Virus record (IMG/VR): IMGVR_UViG_3300031787_000010
Location: 137,429-166,598 of that record
Reading direction: 5' to 3' (one strand)
Length of the DNA: 29,170 nucleotides
Source: a virus
Lineage: Duplodnaviria; Heunggongvirae; Uroviricota; Caudoviricetes
Part shown: positions 1 to 10,060 of the stretch, in pieces
Layout: each line of letters begins with the position of its first letter
How positions within the stretch are numbered: position 1 is the first letter of the stretch
Notes under the pieces: generated by a model
The model's input: only the letters and a program-made list of their open reading frames with translations
What the model was told of the DNA's origin: nothing
Databases searched by the model: none
Made by a program: the position numbers and the translations under genes

Positions 1-3000
1 TTAAATTGAGCATGTATTCCAGTTTGCCAACCATTAATATCTATTGTATCTTCAATACTCATAATCTGAAATGCTCCAAACGCTTTGTAAAACGCAGGAA
101 TACGATCAACCCAGAATAATTCTCCAATACGCATTCCATTAACACCAGGCATTCTTAAATCAGCGGTAAGTGACAATGTTCCCGGTGAAGATCCAAACGC
201 ATTAGATTTATCTCCATTTGCGTCACAACGAATATTAGCTAACATAAGTTCTGGGAATACTTCGACGTAACGGAAGATATCTTCTAATCCAGGAAACTCT
301 CTCATAATTCCTTCTTTTACGGCCGCGGCGGCGGCCGTTGTAGTTTCTTGGGTTTGAATTTGTTGCAATTGTGCCTGAGCTCTATTGCATTTTGCACATG
401 TTTCAGAACCTGCAGCTGTATTGGGGTCATTACAAATTGCTGGTTTTTGTGCTGGTGGCGTGGGAGTCGTGGGCGCAGCAGCTGGATTTGTTGGTGGGGT
501 GCCCGAGAATGTAACTCTACCGTTAAATTCCCAATGCCACGCCTCCGCTGGGTCTTGTGTGAATTGATAATTAGATGCGTTTGCCTTTAACCAATTGTGG
601 GCAGGACTACCGTTTGAAATAGAACCACCTCCCTCGGTACTTAAGTCAAATGCCAATGCCCAACCGTGATTTGAAGTACCAGGTTGTGCACACAATCCAA
701 TATAATTTCCCGTTCTTCTAGATTTTAATTGTGTTGGGGATCTTACATGAGCAGGTCCACCGGTCCATCCTTTGTCTTTTATACAATTTATTTGTACACC
801 GATCGGCCGGTATCCTTCACAATATTTTATTTTATGCCCAGCGGCCCACGCCGCATCCAACATTCTAATAAGCGCATCTGCTGCTTCTGGAAATGTTTTT
901 GCGCTACCACATGCCGCATATTTATTAATAGTTACCATAGCACTCGCGGGCATTCTACCATTACGGAATCCTGCGTCATACAGTTGAGATGCTGCAGCTA
1001 ATCTCGTACTTCTGTTGGTGTACGAAATTGGCACATTAAACGGTCCTTGAACACTATCGTACACCACAAATTCTTGTGTACTACCTGGAATTGAAACCAC
1101 ACCTGCGGCGGATGGTGTTGATGTTGGATTACATTGTTGGCATTTCTTACATTCTTCACTTTCCACAGTTGACTGTGCTGCAGCTTTCTCTGCGGCATTT
1201 GCGTTATTAGCTGGCGGTTGACCGGCGGAACTTGCATTTGCTGGTCCCGGCTGGTTACCGATACCAGCCGCTTGAGCCGTCACTTGTGTATTATTTTGTC
1301 CACACGTTCCAGTTGGTGATGGTATGATTGGCTTGATAGTTAAATCTGGACCTTGCCCACCGTTTGCACTAGGTGACAACGTAGTAATAGCAAACATTTC
1401 TCTCAAAGAATCATTTGCATCCGAAATTAATGCTGTACTACAGTTGGTATCTGTATTAGCTTGTACTTCTCCACCTGCTGCTTGTAAATCTTTAGGTTGT
1501 ACCAATCCCATTGTAGCAATTTGGGAGAATAATCTTTTCGGTAATGCTAAGTCTACAGTACAATCTGTTAATTCTGACCCAACTAATTCTACACCACCAC
1601 CGTCGCGTGGAATTTTTCTTATGTACTTGTTAAAAATATGAATATTGTTTTTTAATCTTTCTACTGCCGCAACCGAGTTTGGTCGGTAGTTAGCGTCAAT
1701 AATCGTATATTCATATTTAGCTGTTCCAAAATCTGTGGAGGTTCCTACTGTTGGACATGTATACGTCTGTGGTTCCGCTACGTCTAGTGTAAGTGCCCAG
1801 AATCCACGGGTTGCACTGTTCATACGGTCTAATAACGTAGCAACACCTCTTAAAACCGTATCTGCGCCTGCCATACTTTCCGCAACAGCTTTGTGATTAA
1901 GCCAGACACCTGTACTTAAGAATGCTCTGTCTCTAGAGTTAGCTGGAGCCGTGTCTCCTGCTGCATTAGTTGACGTTTCCAACTTACCTATCTTAGCAAA
2001 TTCTTTAGATTTATCTGTTTCGTTTAATAATTTACGAACTTCTGGGTCCGCACGGTTGGGGCTATTGTCTTGTGAAGCTAATACTGCGGCTGCCTCATTG
2101 ACAACAATCATTGTACCGGGGTCAACCGAACGTAAGAATTGATTAAAACCAATATAATTTTCTAAAGGATCATCAATATTTTCTCCTCCAGGCGAATTAA
2201 TTGCAGTTGGAGCAGAAGAACGTGCTGGTCCATCCAAATATGGTCGTATCAATGCTATTTTTTGTTTTGTACTTTCAGGAAGTCCTGCTTTTTCGAATAT
2301 CGCTTTAACACCATGTTCTGGATGATTAATTACTACATTAACAAAGAATCGCCATGTCATAAAATATGCATCATCGGATTCCGCAAAACTTTTTTCTGAT
2401 GTGTTTGGTTTTTGCGTATCTGCGCCAGGCTCCCCTTCCTTTTTATTACCATTCTGAAAATATTCCACATGGTCTTTCCATTCTGGTAATAACTCTCCTT
2501 TATATACACCGTCTAGTAGTGACTTTAAATTAAGGCCGCCTCCGACTGTTTTAGTAAAGAACGACTCGACACTATTAGCTCCTTCCGCACAAATTTGTCC
2601 GGAATTGTCTTTTGGTGGAACAACAGTTTGTTTAGTAGAATATGCCCACGCATCTTCAGACGGACCTACTATTTTTACAGAACAGTCGAATGAACCATCA
2701 GAGTTTGCTTTAGTAGAAAAGTTTGCTACTCTACCAAACATCCACATATACTGTCCTTGAGTCGGATACACATAACAATTTAAAATTTCTTCTAAGCCAA
2801 CTTCACGTTTCGCTAGTCTATCTAACAACGAAGTTAATCTACCTCTGTCGTACCAAGGAAATAAATGTTCCGAAATATCACCACGTTCTCCAAACGACGG
2901 TGATAGTTCTGCCGCAAACTGTTGCCCCCACTCCAATACCATACCAACACCCGGTATGAAAAAAGTTCTATGCAATATTTCAAGTTGAGCCAACGATGGT

Positions 3001-3476
3001 ACTGAAATTTCTAACTGTCCGCTTGCTAATAATCCATTCTTATTTCTACCGATTGTCATTTTGGTTATACCAGGCGGTGGTATTCTTAAAAAGTCTTTAC
3101 CTTCGGCAGAGGTGGCTAATTGAATGTTATCTTCAAAAAATTTAGCTAAAAGATTATCGGCAGGATATTGTGCATATATTTTTTGATTCGTACCATCACC
3201 AGTATATGTGTATCCTACATACGGCGCTGTTCCTCCAGCGTTAGATAACATATCTTCTGCTCTAACGTCTGAATTAATAGCGTGTAATCCAATTGTGAAT
3301 CCAATATTACCCGCTCCCAAATATTCTGGTATTTGAATAGTGGTGGTTGCTTTGACGAATGGCATTGCTACTTGAATTGTGTTATCCAACACACTTCGTG
3401 CCTTTAGGATTTTTCGTATTTCTGGATTCGTGATTTTATAGTCAAATGAACCGAAATTGTGTTTAGACTCTGGCAT
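1..3476 (-). CDS. Baseplate hub / tail-associated lysin (>1157 aa, 3' end truncated by the window edge) with an inserted M15 (VanY-like) Zn peptidase domain
   Basis: Absent from the ORF track because no stop falls inside the window. Manual translation from ATG at 3476 gives MPESKHNFGSFDYKITNPEIRK...RIPPPGITKMTIG...QLEILHRTFFIPGVGMVLEWG. The same frame near position 1 reads TLSLTADLRMPGVNGMRIGELFWVDRIP...FQIMSIEDTIDINGWQTGIHAQF, typical of large-phage hub N- and C-termini. Lies directly downstream of the LysM and tube-initiator genes. Confidence 0.8.
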   Translation of the reverse strand, partial: MPESKHNFGSFDYKITNPEIRKILKARSVLDNTIQVAMPFVKATTTIQIPEYLGAGNIGFTIGLHAINSDVRAEDMLSNAGGTAPYVGYTYTGDGTNQKIYAQYPADNLLAKFFEDNIQLATSAEGKDFLRIPPPGITKMTIGRNKNGLLASGQLEISVPSLAQLEILHRTFFIPGVGMVLEWGQQFAAELSPSFGERGDISEHLFPWYDRGRLTSLLDRLAKREVGLEEILNCYVYPTQGQYMWMFGRVANFSTKANSDGSFDCSVKIVGPSEDAWAYSTKQTVVPPKDNSGQICAEGANSVESFFTKTVGGGLNLKSLLDGVYKGELLPEWKDHVEYFQNGNKKEGEPGADTQKPNTSEKSFAESDDAYFMTWRFFVNVVINHPEHGVKAIFEKAGLPESTKQKIALIRPYLDGPARSSAPTAINSPGGENIDDPLENYIGFNQFLRSVDPGTMIVVNEAAAVLASQDNSPNRADPEVRKLLNETDKSKEFAKIGKLETSTNAAGDTAPANSRDRAFLSTGVWLNHKAVAESMAGADTVLRGVATLLDRMNSATRGFWALTLDVAEPQTYTCPTVGTSTDFGTAKYEYTIIDANYRPNSVAAVERLKNNIHIFNKYIRKIPRDGGGVELVGSELTDCTVDLALPKRLFSQIATMGLVQPKDLQAAGGEVQANTDTNCSTALISDANDSLREMFAITTLSPSANGGQGPDLTIKPIIPSPTGTCGQNNTQVTAQAAGIGNQPGPANASSAGQPPANNANAAEKAAAQSTVESEECKKCQQCNPTSTPSAAGVVSIPGSTQEFVVYDSVQGPFNVPISYTNRSTRLAAASQLYDAGFRNGRMPASAMVTINKYAACGSAKTFPEAADALIRMLDAAWAAGHKIKYCEGYRPIGVQINCIKDKGWTGGPAHVRSPTQLKSRRTGNYIGLCAQPGTSNHGWALAFDLSTEGGGSISNGSPAHNWLKANASNYQFTQDPAEAWHWEFNGRVTFSGTPPTNPAAAPTTPTPPAQKPAICNDPNTAAGSETCAKCNRAQAQLQQIQTQETTTAAAAAVKEGIMREFPGLEDIFRYVEVFPELMLANIRCDANGDKSNAFGSSPGTLSLTADLRMPGVNGMRIGELFWVDRIPAFYKAFGAFQIMSIEDTIDINGWQTGIHAQF
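525..962 (-). other. M15-family (D-Ala-D-Ala carboxypeptidase/VanY-like) domain inside the hub protein
   Basis: Translation: NGRMPAS...AADALIRMLDAAWAAGHKIKYCEGYRPIGVQ...AQPGTSNHGWALAFD...WLKANASNYQFTQDPAEAWHWEF. The SxHxxxxAxD and ExWH Zn-binding motifs are intact. Confidence 0.85.
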
Positions 3477-3479
3477 ATA

Positions 3480-3743
3480 TTATAACTGTTGTGGTATTAT
3501 TATTTGCTGTCCTGGCTGTATGAATATTGACCCATTTGCACCACCGTTAGCTCGTGCTATAATGTACCAATATTTAGGAGATCCCAAAAATCTATACGCG
3601 ATTGAATCCCATCTGTCACCCATACGAGCAACGTATTTAAAATCAGTATCAGAAGAATCGTATGCGTCTGGTATCGCAGACGTATAATGACGTTTTTCAT
3701 TATCGTCTCTGTCAATAAGTATTGGATTTATATACTTCGGCAT
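3480..3743 (-). CDS. LysM-like baseplate protein (P2 gpX / T4 gp53-like)
   Basis: 87 aa; YVARMGDRWDSIAYRFLGSPKYWYIIARANG...IQPGQQIIIP is a LysM-type motif. Sits between the tube initiator and the hub. Confidence 0.85.
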   Translation of the reverse strand: MPKYINPILIDRDDNEKRHYTSAIPDAYDSSDTDFKYVARMGDRWDSIAYRFLGSPKYWYIIARANGGANGSIFIQPGQQIIIPQQL

Positions 3744-3746
3744 ATG

Positions 3747-5585
3747 TTATCTCGTTGTGATTGTCTGTTCAAATGGACCAACTGAACCAGACATTTGTTC
3801 TGTAATACCATAGAACGGTGAACTTGCAATACGTGATTTCTTTTCTATCAATACGAACTTCATATCAACCTGTGCTCCCATTGGAACTCCTCTATCTATA
3901 TCCCACGATTCTGTTATCTCATTGAAATTAGTAGACAGTGAAGTTAAATATCCCGGCTGGTTTACATACATATTACCGATCGTCAATCGAATAATATTTG
4001 GTTGAAGAATACCCTTATTAATTCCATAAGGATAGACCAATCCCGTTAAATAATTAATACGTTTCCACACAACGTCTAACTCGTCTTTAGAAAACGCCAA
4101 CACACCGAGTTTAAAACTAATTTCTCTTTGCACAGTAACATAACTGATAAACTTTTCAGTTCTACCGATATATTGATAATTTTTGTATTCAGGTGATGCA
4201 GATTGTTGTAGGTCTTTTATGAACGCTCTGAATTTTATCGGGTCATCATTACCCATAGCTATTGCTATTGTGATTGCATCATCAAAATCATTATTAATAT
4301 TTCTGTATGGTCGTAGTATGTTTGCTGCACTTGAACCCGTTTCATTTGATGGGTCTTTGATATAAGAAATTCTTTTATTCGGAGTTGTTCTGTTTATTGC
4401 AATATATTTTGCATTTTGAGAAGTCATTCCACTATCTTCAAACTGCTTATCACCCGTAATAGATTCTACATCACCCTCAAAGTATTTCAAGAATGGTATT
4501 GATTCTTCGTTATTTTTTGTAATTTCACTTATCCAAGCATTTTCTGCATCGATAAACTTTTGCTGATTATCTATGAGCTGTTGCTTAGCTTGCATATCTT
4601 CTTTGTTATAAAGCGCCAACAGTCCATATTCCTCTACAACGTCGGACACCAATGCAGTTCTGGACACATCGGCCCCTATGCTAACACCATCATCATTTGG
4701 AACACCTCCGGCAGTACCTCCACGGTCAGGTCGTGTGTAAGAACCGTTAGTGTAGTCGGAATCGAATATCTTGTATGACCAATCTGATGATCCGTTTGAT
4801 ATATAAAAATACGTTTTGTATAATCCATCCCACCTACCAGCACCATTAGGTATTGCACCATATCTAATCGTATTCGAAAATACAAACGTTTCGTTTTCTG
4901 GATTTAATACACCGCCGTATTTGAATCTGACTGTCGGGTTAACAAAAGATAATATGTAATCACTATCTTTTGTTCCTAATTCCGGTCTAGTTTTTTTCCA
5001 ACCATCTGCATCATATCCAAAATCGTCACCAACGTTTTTCTTCGCAGTGAAGGCAGAAATAGTACTGGTAATTGGTCCTGCTATTTTTTTCAGTAGTCCT
5101 TTTATACCACCAGTTGCATTTTTTGTAAAACTATCATATGTTGATTTTTGCAGCTGTCCTAATTTTCTTACGTTTGAGTAAGATGTATCTGTTTTTTTTA
5201 ATAAAGTGTTTAATGGCCGTAGGTGTCGTCGTAAATGCAGAAATGGTACGGCGTTGCCAATAGCAAATACAGGATTAATTAATCGTGTTTGCTCAAATGT
5301 GTTTCCAGTTTGAAGTAATTGCTGTTTCAATAAAAACGTTACTCCACGAACACTAAATGTAAAAAGTGTCAATCGTTTTACATCTTGTAATGCACTAGTT
5401 ACTGGTAGAGCGCGTCCCAATGCTCTACTTGCTCCACCAAAATATCCATCACCGACGCGACGAACTACAAGAGGGTCGTCATTTCTACCGGTACTCGGTT
5501 TTCCATTTTCGAATTTAGTGGTTGCGCCTTTATATAATTTATTGACTGTCTGATTATACCGTTTTTCTAGATTAGTAAATGCCAT
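3747..5585 (-). CDS. Tail tube initiator / baseplate tube-like protein (T4 gp48/gp54- or P2 gpU-like C-terminal domain)
   Basis: 612 aa; C-terminal FRAFIKDL...YIGRTEKFISY...REISFKLGVLAFSKDEL...INYLTGLVYP...IRLTIGNMY...GYLTSLS...WDID pattern. Immediately downstream of the tape measure gene; AGAGGA SD upstream. Confidence 0.65.
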   Translation of the reverse strand: MAFTNLEKRYNQTVNKLYKGATTKFENGKPSTGRNDDPLVVRRVGDGYFGGASRALGRALPVTSALQDVKRLTLFTFSVRGVTFLLKQQLLQTGNTFEQTRLINPVFAIGNAVPFLHLRRHLRPLNTLLKKTDTSYSNVRKLGQLQKSTYDSFTKNATGGIKGLLKKIAGPITSTISAFTAKKNVGDDFGYDADGWKKTRPELGTKDSDYILSFVNPTVRFKYGGVLNPENETFVFSNTIRYGAIPNGAGRWDGLYKTYFYISNGSSDWSYKIFDSDYTNGSYTRPDRGGTAGGVPNDDGVSIGADVSRTALVSDVVEEYGLLALYNKEDMQAKQQLIDNQQKFIDAENAWISEITKNNEESIPFLKYFEGDVESITGDKQFEDSGMTSQNAKYIAINRTTPNKRISYIKDPSNETGSSAANILRPYRNINNDFDDAITIAIAMGNDDPIKFRAFIKDLQQSASPEYKNYQYIGRTEKFISYVTVQREISFKLGVLAFSKDELDVVWKRINYLTGLVYPYGINKGILQPNIIRLTIGNMYVNQPGYLTSLSTNFNEITESWDIDRGVPMGAQVDMKFVLIEKKSRIASSPFYGITEQMSGSVGPFEQTITTR

Positions 5586-5587
5586 AA

Positions 5588-8500
5588 TTATCCTCTACGC
5601 ATTAAGCCGACAGTTGTTGAGGCATCGGTTCTGCCCACCAAAATCTTACCAATTTTTTGACCGTCTACTTCTACATTCATTCTACCAATAGCGTTTACTA
5701 CTTGGTCCAGTTTTGCTTCTAACTTGGTCAAATCAACCGAAACAGATGGTGTAGTTTCAGTTTTTTGTTTATTTGCATCTCTACCCAACGCACCAAATGA
5801 TAAGAATCTTACACCAGTATTTACTGCATCAGATACCATATCATCAGCATATGCAACAACGTTATCTCTATTATTCAATGCAATTGCACCAGACGGTGTA
5901 ACCAAAGTACGTTCACCATATCCTGAACGAGATACTACGTCATCACCAAACCAGTTCATCGGGTTCAACTTACTCGCCACGCTTCTCACAGCATTTACCG
6001 GATTCAAGGAAGAAATCTTTTCCTTAATCCAATCAAATATTCTTGTAAACGCACCAGTTATACCATTCCAAATCATCTCTGGTAATGATGTAAACCAAGT
6101 TACTGCTGTATCAAATGCTGTAGATATTTTTTCTGGTAATGAAGTAAACCAATCACCTATTGATGAAAGACCTGCCGTTATTTTTTCTGGTAAACTTGCA
6201 AACCAATCAACCACACTATTGAACTTCTCGGTTACCAGTGCCCAGAAGTCTGGGAAGAATTTCTTTATTGGACCAAAGAAGAAATCTACCATCATTTTAC
6301 CTATATCAGAAAATAGACTCTTGACTGAATCCCACAGTTTACCCACCGCTTCTTTTGCTCCAGAGAAATCTCCAGAAAGTAATTTAGTTATAACGGCTAA
6401 TCCACGAAATGTAATTTCCAAACCACCAGAAAACACTCTCAATACTACTGCCAAGAGTTGTAATGGACGTAGTACAATCATACCAATGACCGACCCAACC
6501 ACTTCAAATGCTTTACCTAATTTCTTAGCGGTTTCACTTGTTTCACCACCGGGACCAGAAAAGACTGCAAACATTGACATAAACGCATCTTTTACTGGTG
6601 ATAATGATTTCCACACCATACCAAATGCTTCTTTAATTGGCGTGAACATACTGATAAATCCTGATATTTGTTGACCGAATACGTGTGCAACGCCTGGGAA
6701 GTATTTGTTAATTGATTTACCTAATGTGTTTCCTATAAATCCACCGACCATCATACCAAGTGGACCTCCCATTGCTCCCAAAGCAGTTCCCACAGCAGCC
6801 AATCCACCTTGAACCAAACCGGAACCCGCAGCTTCTGTTCCAGATTTGCCTTGCTGTCTAGCCGTCATAAATCCTTCGGCTGCTCCAAATATACCAGATA
6901 ATGCAGATCCACCCAGCTTCACACCTTTACTTACAGGCGATATTAGAGATTTTGCTACTGACCCCGCACCCTGCATAATAGAACCAGTAACTCGACCAGG
7001 CGCAGCTATAGCCGTTCTAATACTTTGTAACGGTGATGTTATAGCGGTACGTAATCCTTGTAGGAAAGTAGTTTGTGTTGCAGCAGTACCTGCAGCGGAT
7101 GTCGCTGCAGTGCCTGCGGCGGATGTCGCTGCAGTTCCCGCTGCTCCGGTTCCAGGCAATTTTATAAATTTAGAAATTATGTTTTGGGCAGTTGAAGTTC
7201 CCAATCCCTTTGCTATAAATCCAAGTGTTGTAGCAATTCCAGTAAATACTAATGCCTGTGCTTCCCCAAGGTTAACTAATCTGGATAAGAATCCGTTTGC
7301 ATCTTTTTGTAATTGTTCCGGTGATAACGTTGCTTCTCCAGAACCTTCAGTTCCTTTCGGTGCTCCCAAACGTTGGAGTTCTTCCATAGAAATACCAAAC
7401 GCTTGTGATAGAGCTAGTTGTTCTGACCGACGAAGTTTAGTTAGGTCTTTACCTTGCGATGCAAGTTGTGATCTCAACTCTTCCATCAACGCACCGGTGT
7501 CTCCAGATTCCGCAACTTCAGCCAGTCTGCTACTATCAAATCCGAAGCCCATTGCTCCAAGTTCTGCCTGTTTCTCTAGGAAGCCTTCAAAGTCACCAAT
7601 AATATTATCACCGACTTGATCAATCTTACCTAAATCTACACCAATCTTCTTTGCGTCTGCTGCGGCGCGTGCAAATGAAACAGCAAATCGTGTTCCATTT
7701 CGAGCCAACAATTCGGAATTTTGACCAATTGCTGCCATTGCATCTTTAGAAGTCAATCCCTTCTTAGCAAATTCACTAACGAACTGATCTTGTGCTTTCT
7801 TTGCAGCACCAGTATCACCCATTGTTTGGGTCATAAAGACACGGCGTGCTTTTGCCAACTCACCAGCACCAACACCCATTTCTTTAGCTTGACGTGCTAT
7901 ATCAGCGGCGGCACCAGAAGTTAGTACGCCACCAAATTCAGATTGGAATGCTGCTTGTGCTTCTTGAATTTGTTCCGTAGTAACGCCAGCCTGTTTACCT
8001 AACGAAGTAAATGTTCCAGCAAAACTCTTAACACTAGCTACAAGATTTTCAAATTTTAATTTTGCAGCAGAACCCGCTGACAATCCAAACTGTTGTTGCG
8101 TTTGACGTACCGTAGCTACTAGATTACCAAGAGCATTACCTAATGTTTGTAATGTACCCGCAAGCGCATTCATACTCTTTGCTATACCAGACGCCAATGT
8201 ATTTGCTGCTTCCTTTCTAACGGTTTCTTCTTCGGCGATTCTATCTTCTAAAGCTTTTTGTAAATTATTTTCAGCGGCTGTTGACTGTAGCACCTCTCCA
8301 GCTTGCTGTTGCAATTTGTCTGTTAAATTATCTATTTCACTTTGATAATCGTTATTTATTGCTTCTAATTCTTGTAATCCTTCACTTATTTGTTGTGCTT
8401 CAGATTCCATACCACCGATAGATTGAATTAAATCCAATCGACGTAAGTTTTCTCGCGTGAGAGTATTATTGTTTTGTGCAATAGCGGATTCGTAAGCACC

Positions 8501-9514
8501 TGCGGCATCGGCTGCTGACTGCATATCTGCTTCCATACCAGGAATTGAAGCAGCAATACTGTCTCTGTACTGAATCTCTGCTTTTCGCATTTCTTTTGTT
8601 TCATTAAACGCAGCAAGGATACTTTCTTTTCTAGCTTGTAGAGTTTTTACAAGTTGTTCTTCTTCTTGTGTTAATTCCTTCTGTTTTCCTCTACCTTTGA
8701 ATTCACCACGTTTTTGAATTCGACGTATCTCTTCATTTACCGCATCAATTTGAGATTTTTGAACTTCTTCATTACCTCGTAATGATTTAATTCTATCGTT
8801 ACTTGCTGCAACATCTTCATTAGCAGCATTAATTTGAGATTGCATGAATCTTTCTAGATCTCTTGAAGATTCTGCTTGACTCTGTAACGCTTGATTTGCG
8901 CTCTTTATTTGCGATATTCGTTCTTCAGTTGCTTGCTTTTCACCTTGTGCTGCTTTTATTTGAGCTTGTACGTATCCTAACGATTCGTTTCTAGAATCAA
9001 TTAATGCTTGCACTCCACCTTGTTCTTGGACTTTTTGTTCTAGGGTTGCAAACGTACTATCTGCTTCTTTTAATAATGCAGCCGTGTGTTGTTTCTGTGC
9101 ATTCAACAATTCTCGTGCTTGTGCAACTGATGCTTGTGCAACTGATACCTTAGCTTTTGCTACGGCATATTCTGCTTTAGTTGTCTGAATTACATTTAAA
9201 AATTCATTAGACGCGGCACCCATCGAACGCTTGAGTCTACTTGCTTGCGTCGATTGCTCTTGAAGTGATTGTTTAGTTGCATCTAACTGTTTAGTAGCCG
9301 TGGCTACCTCATCACCGAACTGCTTAAGTGCGCTCTTAATAGTATTTGCAGTACTACTTAATTCTTTTAATGAGGAAGATGTTTTTGTAGCAGAATCTGA
9401 CGCACCCTTAAGATTAACCTTTCCGGCATCTTCAGATAACTTTTTTAAACTTGCTGTAAGCGAAGCAATCGTACTAGATAATTCTTCGGTGTTTACCGTA
9501 GTATCTTCCGCCAT
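5588..9514 (-). CDS. Tail tape measure protein
   Basis: 1308 aa; long N-terminal Ala/Gln/Glu/Lys coiled coil and Ala/Gly-rich helical middle. Trp recurs every 18 aa near the C-terminus (WFASLPEK/WFTSLPEK/WFTSLPEM). Positioned between the chaperone genes and baseplate genes. Confidence 0.85.
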   Translation of the reverse strand: MAEDTTVNTEELSSTIASLTASLKKLSEDAGKVNLKGASDSATKTSSSLKELSSTANTIKSALKQFGDEVATATKQLDATKQSLQEQSTQASRLKRSMGAASNEFLNVIQTTKAEYAVAKAKVSVAQASVAQARELLNAQKQHTAALLKEADSTFATLEQKVQEQGGVQALIDSRNESLGYVQAQIKAAQGEKQATEERISQIKSANQALQSQAESSRDLERFMQSQINAANEDVAASNDRIKSLRGNEEVQKSQIDAVNEEIRRIQKRGEFKGRGKQKELTQEEEQLVKTLQARKESILAAFNETKEMRKAEIQYRDSIAASIPGMEADMQSAADAAGAYESAIAQNNNTLTRENLRRLDLIQSIGGMESEAQQISEGLQELEAINNDYQSEIDNLTDKLQQQAGEVLQSTAAENNLQKALEDRIAEEETVRKEAANTLASGIAKSMNALAGTLQTLGNALGNLVATVRQTQQQFGLSAGSAAKLKFENLVASVKSFAGTFTSLGKQAGVTTEQIQEAQAAFQSEFGGVLTSGAAADIARQAKEMGVGAGELAKARRVFMTQTMGDTGAAKKAQDQFVSEFAKKGLTSKDAMAAIGQNSELLARNGTRFAVSFARAAADAKKIGVDLGKIDQVGDNIIGDFEGFLEKQAELGAMGFGFDSSRLAEVAESGDTGALMEELRSQLASQGKDLTKLRRSEQLALSQAFGISMEELQRLGAPKGTEGSGEATLSPEQLQKDANGFLSRLVNLGEAQALVFTGIATTLGFIAKGLGTSTAQNIISKFIKLPGTGAAGTAATSAAGTAATSAAGTAATQTTFLQGLRTAITSPLQSIRTAIAAPGRVTGSIMQGAGSVAKSLISPVSKGVKLGGSALSGIFGAAEGFMTARQQGKSGTEAAGSGLVQGGLAAVGTALGAMGGPLGMMVGGFIGNTLGKSINKYFPGVAHVFGQQISGFISMFTPIKEAFGMVWKSLSPVKDAFMSMFAVFSGPGGETSETAKKLGKAFEVVGSVIGMIVLRPLQLLAVVLRVFSGGLEITFRGLAVITKLLSGDFSGAKEAVGKLWDSVKSLFSDIGKMMVDFFFGPIKKFFPDFWALVTEKFNSVVDWFASLPEKITAGLSSIGDWFTSLPEKISTAFDTAVTWFTSLPEMIWNGITGAFTRIFDWIKEKISSLNPVNAVRSVASKLNPMNWFGDDVVSRSGYGERTLVTPSGAIALNNRDNVVAYADDMVSDAVNTGVRFLSFGALGRDANKQKTETTPSVSVDLTKLEAKLDQVVNAIGRMNVEVDGQKIGKILVGRTDASTTVGLMRRG

Positions 9515-9517
9515 TCA

Positions 9518-9892
9518 TTATCCTCGAAGTGCGTGATATGTTGCCGCAAACAACGTAGCAACATTTCCACTTGGTGCAGTTGCTATTGCTGGTCCCATAG
9601 TTGCTGCACCTTTTATAGAAATATCTCTTTTTAATCGAGCCATTGGTGCGCCATTAACATGCCACCCCGGAAACATTAAATCCCCGACCAATGTAGCTAA
9701 TGGTGCTCCAGCTGTTGCTAAACCTTTAAATAATTTATTACCTTTAATAGTATACAAAGGAGTGGCAGAACGAGTTGCCGATCCAGCGAATACTCGGAAG
9801 TTGTCCACTACCGTTATCATTGGAGAACCCGCTCGTGCCCATCCTTTATACCCTCTATCATAATCACTTAAAAGTTCTTTGAGTAATATCAT
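9518..9892 (-). CDS. Hypothetical protein with short internal repeats (PL/M/I-A/Y-T/R-h-x-G)
   Basis: 124-aa ORF that fills the gap between flanking genes exactly. Repeated units ATPLYTIKG / GAPLATLVG / GAPMARLKR / GPAIATAPSG. Confidence 0.7.
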   Translation of the reverse strand: MILLKELLSDYDRGYKGWARAGSPMITVVDNFRVFAGSATRSATPLYTIKGNKLFKGLATAGAPLATLVGDLMFPGWHVNGAPMARLKRDISIKGAATMGPAIATAPSGNVATLFAATYHALRG

Positions 9893-9897
9893 ATGGA

Positions 9898-10047
9898 TTA
9901 CCGTTTAGATGCCTTTTCTATTCTGTCTGCTTCTTCTTGTTTCAACTTACCAAACTCACGTATATAGAAATTTCGAAGATAAACAGGCATTTGATATAAC
10001 TCTATGACGCTAAGCGCCCCTTTTGAATAGTGTGCTGTTATCAGCAT
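9898..10047 (-). CDS. Small tail-assembly chaperone partner (gpT/gp51-like); possibly expressed as a frameshift extension of the upstream gene
   Basis: Not in the ORF track. The frame is open from 10113 to TAA at 9898: FGLTPEYKAEIHKSMLITAHYSKGALSVIELYQMPVYLRNFYIREFGKLKQEEADRIEKASKR. The YxMPxxxRxFYxxxL/F...EE pattern is typical of the second tail chaperone segment. The first ATG (10047) gives 49 aa and has no well-spaced SD. Confidence 0.7.
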   Translation of the reverse strand: MLITAHYSKGALSVIELYQMPVYLRNFYIREFGKLKQEEADRIEKASKR

Positions 10048-10060
10048 CGACTTATGGATT

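Noticed and set aside
319-338. Perfect GC-rich 8-bp hairpin (acggccgc-ggcg-gcggccgt) resembling a terminator
   Set aside because: It lies in coding sequence, is explained by a run of five Ala codons, and has no U-tract after it on the transcribed strand.
1-3476. Apparent 3.4-kb gene-poor region containing only short ORFs in the track
   Set aside because: It is a single minus-strand ORF running off the window, so the short listed ORFs are spurious.
5724-7619. Long plus-strand ORFs (316 aa and 257 aa)
   Set aside because: They lie wholly antisense to the tape measure gene and have no recognisable motifs; this is typical shadow coding.
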